Source of the DNA: Rubripirellula sp.
Lineage (GTDB): Bacteria; Planctomycetota; Planctomycetia; Pirellulales; Pirellulaceae
DNA: 64,000 nt
Reading direction: 5' to 3'
NCBI GenBank assembly: GCA_965216875.1
Contig: OZ244207.1
Span: forward strand, 2,624,001 to 2,688,000
Shown here: positions 58,025-64,000 of the stretch, piece by piece
Layout of the letters: each line of letters opens with the position of its first letter
How positions within the stretch are numbered: the stretch's first letter is position 1
Made by a program: the position numbers and the translations under genes
The notes under the pieces: generated by a model
Databases searched by the model: none
Told to the model about the DNA's origin: nothing
The model's input: the letters and a program-made list of their open reading frames with translations, nothing else

Positions 58025-58435
58025 TCATTGCCGCGCACATTCGATCGCTTCATCGACCCAATGCGTCGCAACAACGCGATTGAAGCCCGGCAACATCTTC
58101 GCGACGCCGGCAATTTGACTGACGATCGTCGCTTTGTTTTCGATGCACCACTCGACACCGCACAGGTTGTACATCGTGAGGTATCCGTGGCATCGGCAGC
58201 CGCGCGAAGTTAAGAGTTTGATCACCAGCTCTGGTAGGTCGCGGTGAATGATTCGATGGAGCTCGGTCCCAACGCCTTCGGTTTCTGAGTAGATGACGCC
58301 AGGATGATCGTGGCCGCGCTCGTCAGAACCACACGTCTCGGTCGCGTGCTCGTACTGACACGAGCAGCGAAGAGGCAAGCCTTCAAACCTGGTTTGCACC
58401 GTGAGCCCACAATCAGGGCAGGTCAAAATCTGCAT
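58025..58435 (-). CDS. Cys-rich phage protein
   Basis: CPDC, CSC, GVGTEL, CRC and GVEWC motifs; at the end of the tail operon. Confidence 0.7.
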   Translation of the reverse strand: MQILTCPDCGLTVQTRFEGLPLRCSCQYEHATETCGSDERGHDHPGVIYSETEGVGTELHRIIHRDLPELVIKLLTSRGCRCHGYLTMYNLCGVEWCIENKATIVSQIAGVAKMLPGFNRVVATHWVDEAIECARQ

Positions 58436-59840
58436 AGGTTTTGCTCTGGATCATGCGGGCACCGCTGTAGGAAAAGTTCTGAGTTTCGTCTTGGATCTGA
58501 TTTTCGTTCTGACAACCTGGCGACATGCTCCCGTTGCAGGGGCAATGTCCATGGAGGCGTTTTGTGCGACTGTACGATCGCGTTGGGTAATCGACGGTCG
58601 CATCATCAAAGTCGTAATACTGCCAAGACTGCTCGCACAACACGTAGGGAAAACTGCAGTACCACGTGCCCGTTCTTGTTACTGGGTCAACATTGCTTAG
58701 GGACTCACTCACCAGATCGTGGTTGCAACCGGTGGGCACAAAGGAAGGAGTCCAGGGGTTTGCCATGTCGCTGACGCTATAGAACGTTTCAAGATCCGGC
58801 ACGCCACCGCTGCATAGGCTCAGTGTCAGGTTGATGTTCTCTATTAACTCGCCCGAGTCGTTGAAGAATGGTCCACCAAAGTCGCAGTTCGTCCACTCTT
58901 GACGAATAAGCAGCGTACTCTTCGTCGCTGCGAAGATCGGATCGTAGAAACGCCAGCCCCAACCGCTCACGATCGACCACCATTCGCAGTCCTTTGGCAT
59001 TGCTTCAACCTGGGCACGCAACACTGGGTCAACTGGATCGAAGTTGCTGTCGATGAGAGCTGCCGGCCAAAGCCCGTTGATGCCTCCCAGCCCGCTCCAC
59101 CTCACGTAGCCGATTCGATCGTAGTCGCACAGCGAACAGTTTGCGCCGCACGCTTTGTTGTAGTAGTGCAGCTCACCCTCCTGACTTGACGCGTAGCCAG
59201 TAATGGCGGTCGAGACGTCCGACACAATCCGCACTCGCCCGATGCAGGGCGTTCCGTTGTCGGTGCAATTGACCGGCGGGCATTTTTCGTCGTCCGCTTC
59301 CGTGTGTGTCCACGCGACTTTGCCAATCTCAACGCCACCATTGCCGTTTTCGATTTGGACTGTCACGTCGCCAAACGGCGGAGGCGTTACATCAGCGATC
59401 ACGCACGTCGAAAAGTCACCAGTCGAAACGAACTTCGTCAGAATGCCGTTGATGTAGGTTTGTGCGATCGTGATCGTTCGCTGCCCGTTCCACGATGGCG
59501 CCTTGATTATCATCGACTCCCTGCCGCAGACGTTTGTCCGCCAAACCCAAACTGCCTCGAAAGGTTCGTAGTCATTCGGGGGCGGTAGCAGCTCAAAACT
59601 GACTTCGATGCCTCCGGCACTGAATGTCGTTCCTGACGACGACGCAGCGTCGAGCATTTCGAAAGTTACAATCCAATTCGGCTGCAAGTTAAGAATGTCG
59701 AACTGTGCCGTTTGGCCCGGTGTGAATTGATTGCCCGTGCCGCTCGGCACGGAACCCGTCCAGTCGGTCCACTCTTGATCTTTCTGTCGAATGGTTGTTT
59801 CTGGACAACCGCAACAGTCCTTGCATCCGCGACGCGTCAT
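58413..59840 (-). CDS. Cys-rich, beta-rich phage protein (putative tail tip / receptor-binding)
   Basis: ATG 59840 follows the upstream stop; starts MTRRGCKDCCGC; several Cys clusters; tail-module position. Confidence 0.65.
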   Translation of the reverse strand: MTRRGCKDCCGCPETTIRQKDQEWTDWTGSVPSGTGNQFTPGQTAQFDILNLQPNWIVTFEMLDAASSSGTTFSAGGIEVSFELLPPPNDYEPFEAVWVWRTNVCGRESMIIKAPSWNGQRTITIAQTYINGILTKFVSTGDFSTCVIADVTPPPFGDVTVQIENGNGGVEIGKVAWTHTEADDEKCPPVNCTDNGTPCIGRVRIVSDVSTAITGYASSQEGELHYYNKACGANCSLCDYDRIGYVRWSGLGGINGLWPAALIDSNFDPVDPVLRAQVEAMPKDCEWWSIVSGWGWRFYDPIFAATKSTLLIRQEWTNCDFGGPFFNDSGELIENINLTLSLCSGGVPDLETFYSVSDMANPWTPSFVPTGCNHDLVSESLSNVDPVTRTGTWYCSFPYVLCEQSWQYYDFDDATVDYPTRSYSRTKRLHGHCPCNGSMSPGCQNENQIQDETQNFSYSGARMIQSKTYADFDLP

Positions 59841-59841
59841 C

Positions 59842-60570
59842 TTAGGCCCCACACACTGCTTGAATCGCGTAGAACTTGTTGACGATTTGAACGCACACAC
59901 CAACAGAGTCGACCGCCTGCTCGTCCATGAATCCGCGGTCGTCCTGCAGGTCAACGATGCCAGCACCGCCGGCCGCAAAAGCTGCAGAATCGTCCATTCG
60001 ATAGAGCTCGACTTCCTTGTCGGGATAGTACTGGTTGCGTTTGTATCCCCAATGAACGCTCGCTTGATGTCCGATCATCACCAGGCGTTTAGATACTCCG
60101 GATCCACCTGTACCGACGAGCTTCACTTCGCCGGTGTCACACGTTCGCAGACGAGTGGGATCGACCGGATCCGGAGCGGCACAGCGGTCGGCTGCTTGAA
60201 TGTGGTTCACATTCGCGACAGCAACACCTGAGAAGATCGCGAAGCCAAGTTTGCCGGCGGCGATCGCTTCCTGCAGGACGCAGAACGTCCCCAAAACACT
60301 AGGCCAAGCAGGAGCGTCAACGCCCATTGTTGGATCTCGCTGGCCCTGCGTGGTTGAATCTGGATCAATCACAGGCGAAGTGATCGCCGCGATCGCGAAA
60401 CGTTCCATGTCCGTGGCGCTCGTATTCTTGACGCGAATCAAAGTGCCAAGCGGAGCGCGGACGTGGTTTTCGCTTCGCGTCGCTCCCGTCTCGCGTTCGC
60501 GAACCGAGGCCTCGACTCGGTTCTGCAGGGCAGCATTGAGCGAAAGCGGGTCGCCTGGTAGGTGTTGCAT
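59842..60570 (-). CDS. Hypothetical phage tail-module protein
   Basis: 242 aa, tightly packed in the tail operon. Confidence 0.7.
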   Translation of the reverse strand: MQHLPGDPLSLNAALQNRVEASVRERETGATRSENHVRAPLGTLIRVKNTSATDMERFAIAAITSPVIDPDSTTQGQRDPTMGVDAPAWPSVLGTFCVLQEAIAAGKLGFAIFSGVAVANVNHIQAADRCAAPDPVDPTRLRTCDTGEVKLVGTGGSGVSKRLVMIGHQASVHWGYKRNQYYPDKEVELYRMDDSAAFAAGGAGIVDLQDDRGFMDEQAVDSVGVCVQIVNKFYAIQAVCGA

Positions 60571-60572
60571 TT

Positions 60573-61178
60573 CTAGGGAACCAGAGTGCAGCGATAGTCA
60601 AAGAGCAGCGAATTGGTCAGGTCGGCCGGCGTGACCAGGTCGTCTGGTTTCCGCGGAACCGGATCGACGTTGCCAGCTCGACAAGCGAGCGCGACAGCGT
60701 GAGAACAAAACGGCGCCGTGCCCTTGTCCTCGATGTCTTTGGTGCTGGTTCGGAGGAAACGCCACAGGAACGGCACGCGCTGAGCTGCCAGGCGTGCGAT
60801 GCCCCAATAGCCATAATCTCGAGCGGTGAGCTCCCGCATCGCCTCAACCGCCTTAATGCGGTTGTAGTGAAAGAGCTCATCACGCGGCCGAAACACGTCG
60901 ATCCGGCCGGGGTACTTTTCGACTTCGCCGACAAGCGGCACAGCTCGGCCGCCTTTGAATTCGCGAATCTCGAGAACGTCGTGATGCTGAAACTCATCGA
61001 CGCGCAGCATCGCGCTGTGTGAGTGCACGCCATGCGTTGCGAAGCGGATCCACGACGAGATTAGACCGCTCCCGCGATACTGCAGAATGTCGCCGTTCTC
61101 GAGCTTGGCGTCACGAAATCGCATGTACGTTGGATTGTCGACGTCGAACGGCAAGAGTGAAGGTCGATAGATTTGCAC
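60573..61178 (-). CDS. Permuted papain-like NlpC/P60 (YiiX/YebB-like) enzyme
   Basis: GDILQYRG, HSHSAM (His before Cys), DYG, FCSHAVA and VTPADL motifs. Confidence 0.82.
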   Translation of the reverse strand: MQIYRPSLLPFDVDNPTYMRFRDAKLENGDILQYRGSGLISSWIRFATHGVHSHSAMLRVDEFQHHDVLEIREFKGGRAVPLVGEVEKYPGRIDVFRPRDELFHYNRIKAVEAMRELTARDYGYWGIARLAAQRVPFLWRFLRTSTKDIEDKGTAPFCSHAVALACRAGNVDPVPRKPDDLVTPADLTNSLLFDYRCTLVP

Positions 61179-61191
61179 TGGTGATCTCTCC

Positions 61192-62052
61192 TTAGATCAA
61201 TAGCCCTAGGACCGAATGATCGGCCTCGGTGTAGATGCGTTCGACATAGGCCGCCCGCGGTTTCGAAACGGTGAACGCGTTGGCTCCGGATCCGGTGTCC
61301 TCGTCGTCATAGAGAACCCAAACGTAGTCGTGCCCTTTCTTGGCTACGTTTGCGATCGCACCGATCGAGAACTGAGCGTTTTTGCTCTTGGCCCAAGAGA
61401 ATTGGATCTCGGGATTCTTTTGGTTCCCGAAGTTGCCATCCATGCCGAGAAAGAGCAGTTCGCCAGGTTGGCTACCGAAGTAGGCAAACTGGTTGGTGGT
61501 CCCGGTGATCTCCGAAGCAATGTCGGAGTAGAGGATCGGGTCGACCGGCCTGGTCAGGCGGTAGTTGAGCGTGTACTTGATCGCCGGCAACACGCGATCG
61601 ATCCCGTTGGCGCGTCCATCCTTGACGTCGATCGCCGAGTTAAAGTCGGGAGCAGTCGCGCCGGTGGCCGCATGTGACGTCGTCCCAAACGAGTTTGTGA
61701 TCCTGATCGATCCACCCGAAGTGCTCACCGAGAGCGTCCATTCGTCCACATCGAGCTTTTCGAAAGAATACTCGGCGGTGAAGATGTAGGCTCGTTCGTT
61801 GCCTTCGACCGCTTCTCGCCACTCGTAGCTATCGAGCTTCAAGTACTTGCTCGACAGTGCACCGGGTGGCGTGAATTCGATCGTCGGCTCGGGGAGTCCT
61901 TGCCCGATCAGATAGGCCTCGGCCGCGTTTGCATCCGCTACACCTGTAACGAGCCACTCGATCGTACGCTTGTCGTTCCCATCGCGCGTGCGTGAACCGA
62001 TAAAGCCCGCAATCTGACGGTGGTTTGGTCCGTTGTGCGTTGGAAACGGCAT
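61192..62052 (-). CDS. Hypothetical tail protein after tape measure (distal tail / hub position)
   Basis: 286 aa, beta-rich; start codon overlaps the tape measure stop. Confidence 0.65.
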   Translation of the reverse strand: MPFPTHNGPNHRQIAGFIGSRTRDGNDKRTIEWLVTGVADANAAEAYLIGQGLPEPTIEFTPPGALSSKYLKLDSYEWREAVEGNERAYIFTAEYSFEKLDVDEWTLSVSTSGGSIRITNSFGTTSHAATGATAPDFNSAIDVKDGRANGIDRVLPAIKYTLNYRLTRPVDPILYSDIASEITGTTNQFAYFGSQPGELLFLGMDGNFGNQKNPEIQFSWAKSKNAQFSIGAIANVAKKGHDYVWVLYDDEDTGSGANAFTVSKPRAAYVERIYTEADHSVLGLLI

Positions 62053-64000
62053 TACGTAAACCTCGGCTGTGGTGCGTTGGCCGGCTTCTTGTTCTCAATC
62101 CGCTGCAGAATCTCGGCCGTCTTGCGAGTGTTGGTGGCCGTCTCTTCGGCTGCCGAGGATCCACCGAGGCCGAGCAGCTGGGCGCCGAGTGCTGAGAACG
62201 AGCCGGCAGTTGTCTTGCCGCTCTTGCCGGCAAGATCCTTGCCTTTGCCAAGTGCTTTAGCCTTCTGATCCTCGGCTTTGGCGACTTTGTCGTCGTCGAT
62301 CACCTTGGCCTCTTGCTTCGTGCGTTTCACAAGCGCGTTGAGCTGCGCCAGTGACGCGTCTTTAAGTTTGCCGACAGTGACGTCGCCGCCTTCCTCGTTT
62401 GCGCGGCGGATCAGCTCGTCGCGTTTCGCCTTGGCGTCTGCGGTGCGTTGGTGAATCGCGACCAGCTCTTTTTCGAATGCACGGTTGCGTGCGAGCCTTT
62501 CAGCGTTTCGCTGATCGTCAGCCGTCTTCTGCCGTTTAGCGAGCTCGTCTTGTGCCACATCGAACACGGTGGCCGTTGCGCCGAGTGCCGCTGCGAGTCC
62601 TTTGGCCGCGCCCGTCTTGTCGAACTTCGAAACCTTCGTGAGCACTTTTTGCAGCTTGCCGAACACTGATTCCATGACGTAGGCGAGCGTTGACACGATC
62701 GATCGAAAGATCGTGACGATCCCATGACCCATCGTCGAAAAGTGTTCTTTCAGACCGAACACAAACCGCATCCACAATTGCGTCAACAAACCGGTGCCGG
62801 CAGTGAAGTAAGTGGTGAGAGTTGCCCACAGGATTTGGCCGGCCAGGGCGATGTTGCCGCCCATCAGTGCCGATGCGATACCGCCGAGCGTTTCTTTGAT
62901 GAAGTTAAACGCCGCGCTAATGATGAATCCAACGCCGGCAAAATACTCGCCGATCGATTGGCCAACCGATCCAAGACGTGAGAGCACATTGCCAACCACC
63001 CCAGAGATCTTCGTACCAATGCTTTTGAGGATCCTAAAAACGGATGCTTTGAGCCAGTTAAAGGCCTCGATAGCTCCTTCGGCGCCTGTAAAAAAGATCG
63101 CTTGCACGCCGGCCCAGAGAACCGCGGCCGCTCCACTGAAGTCTCCCTCTTTGAGCACGTCGCCGATTCCGCCAAAGGTCGTTTTAACGATCGACCAGAT
63201 TTGGCCCATCACCTCGCGAACCGGTAGCAGTGCGTCCCAGAACGCCAAGCCCCACTGCATGATCGCTTCGCGGTTGTAGTAGGCGACGGCGGCGATCGAT
63301 CCGAGTACAGCGATCGCGATCGCGGCCGGTGCTGCCATTGCCAGGAGGAACTTTCCGACGGCAACCAGGCCGCCGACAACGATCGGAATTGCGACGCTGA
63401 GAGCGGTCGAAATAAACCCTAACGAGACGAGCCCCGCGCCGGCCGTCGCAACTGCGACCGCAACTCCGAAGAGCGTCGCAACCAGGCCGCGGTTTTCGTC
63501 GATCCAACTCGCAATCACTCCGAGTAGGCTCGTGGCCATCTTTGCGAGCTTTGAAAGTGGCGGCGCGAGTGCACCACCGATTGCAATCGCGACACCCTCG
63601 GCGGCTGATTTTAGGATCCTGAAAGATCCGCCTAGGCCTGAGTCCATTTGTTCGGCCGTCTCGCCTGCGATTCCGCCGGCCGCCTTGATGTCGTCTGCCA
63701 GCTTGGCGATGTCGCCGGCCGATCGACCGATTGCCGAGGCTCCGGTGATTCCGAGCAGGCCGAACGCTTCATTGAACTTTGCCGCACGCTCGGCGGATCC
63801 GAGGTCCTTTGTCGCTTCGTCCACTTCACCGAGCACATCGACCAACGGTCGAGCGTTGCCGGCAGCGTCAACGAATGACACGCCAAAGATCTTCTGCAGC
63901 TTTTGAGCCTCTGCGCCTGTAAGCGTCAGCAAACGGCGAACGGCCGTGCCGGCTGCGCTGCCCTGGATCCCGACGTTTCCGAGTCCGCCGAGAACGGCCA
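62052..64000 (-). CDS. Phage tail tape measure protein, TP901-type (5' end outside window)
   Basis: LGNVGIQGSAAGTAVRRLL at the window edge; DAAGNARPLVDVL, GIAGETAEQMDSGLGGSF; long Ala/Gly-rich helical body. Confidence 0.92.
   Translation of the reverse strand, partial: AVLGGLGNVGIQGSAAGTAVRRLLTLTGAEAQKLQKIFGVSFVDAAGNARPLVDVLGEVDEATKDLGSAERAAKFNEAFGLLGITGASAIGRSAGDIAKLADDIKAAGGIAGETAEQMDSGLGGSFRILKSAAEGVAIAIGGALAPPLSKLAKMATSLLGVIASWIDENRGLVATLFGVAVAVATAGAGLVSLGFISTALSVAIPIVVGGLVAVGKFLLAMAAPAAIAIAVLGSIAAVAYYNREAIMQWGLAFWDALLPVREVMGQIWSIVKTTFGGIGDVLKEGDFSGAAAVLWAGVQAIFFTGAEGAIEAFNWLKASVFRILKSIGTKISGVVGNVLSRLGSVGQSIGEYFAGVGFIISAAFNFIKETLGGIASALMGGNIALAGQILWATLTTYFTAGTGLLTQLWMRFVFGLKEHFSTMGHGIVTIFRSIVSTLAYVMESVFGKLQKVLTKVSKFDKTGAAKGLAAALGATATVFDVAQDELAKRQKTADDQRNAERLARNRAFEKELVAIHQRTADAKAKRDELIRRANEEGGDVTVGKLKDASLAQLNALVKRTKQEAKVIDDDKVAKAEDQKAKALGKGKDLAGKSGKTTAGSFSALGAQLLGLGGSSAAEETATNTRKTAEILQRIENKKPANAPQPRFT

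Larger units (their letters stand above)
53323..64000. mobile_element. Prophage integrated at tRNA-His (left part; continues beyond window)
   Basis: Integrase stop about 32 bp from the tRNA 3' end, followed by small phage-like ORFs, tail genes and a tape measure gene. Confidence 0.9.

Noticed and set aside
58413..64000. Diversity-generating retroelement or invertible tail-fibre cassette
   Set aside because: No reverse transcriptase, invertase or TR/VR repeat pair seen in the window; cannot be excluded beyond it

Overview
Chromosomal window with the gene content of a Planctomycete, probably Pirellulaceae-like (inferred from exosortase U, DUF1573, the REP type and phage protein style). It has three zones. 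(1) 1-17 kb is housekeeping and envelope: DsbD running off the left edge, an APH-like kinase, tsaE, an M20 amidohydrolase, a REP-associated tyrosine transposase (RAYT) between two near-identical REP modules, a 10-EF-hand protein, a WecA / O-antigen-ligase / DUF1573 / tetraheme cytochrome run and a Wza-like export lipoprotein. (2) 17.5-53 kb is a co-oriented ~35 kb Wzx/Wzy polysaccharide cluster with a NusG paralogue near its start, ending in Wzc, exosortase U and a TPR protein; its gmd has no ATG/GTG/TTG start upstream of its conserved motif. (3) 53.2-64 kb is tRNA-His(GTG) and the left end of a prophage integrated there: integrase, a putative excisionase, an accessory region (hairpin-rich putative sRNAs, two parS-like palindromes, a possible membrane-tethered DNA-binding protein with a secreted partner, an orphan PIN protein) and a Cys-rich tail module ending in a tape measure gene that runs off the right edge. 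The best candidates for undescribed biology are in the prophage accessory region (54.8-58 kb). All calls come from reading motifs by eye; no searches were run.
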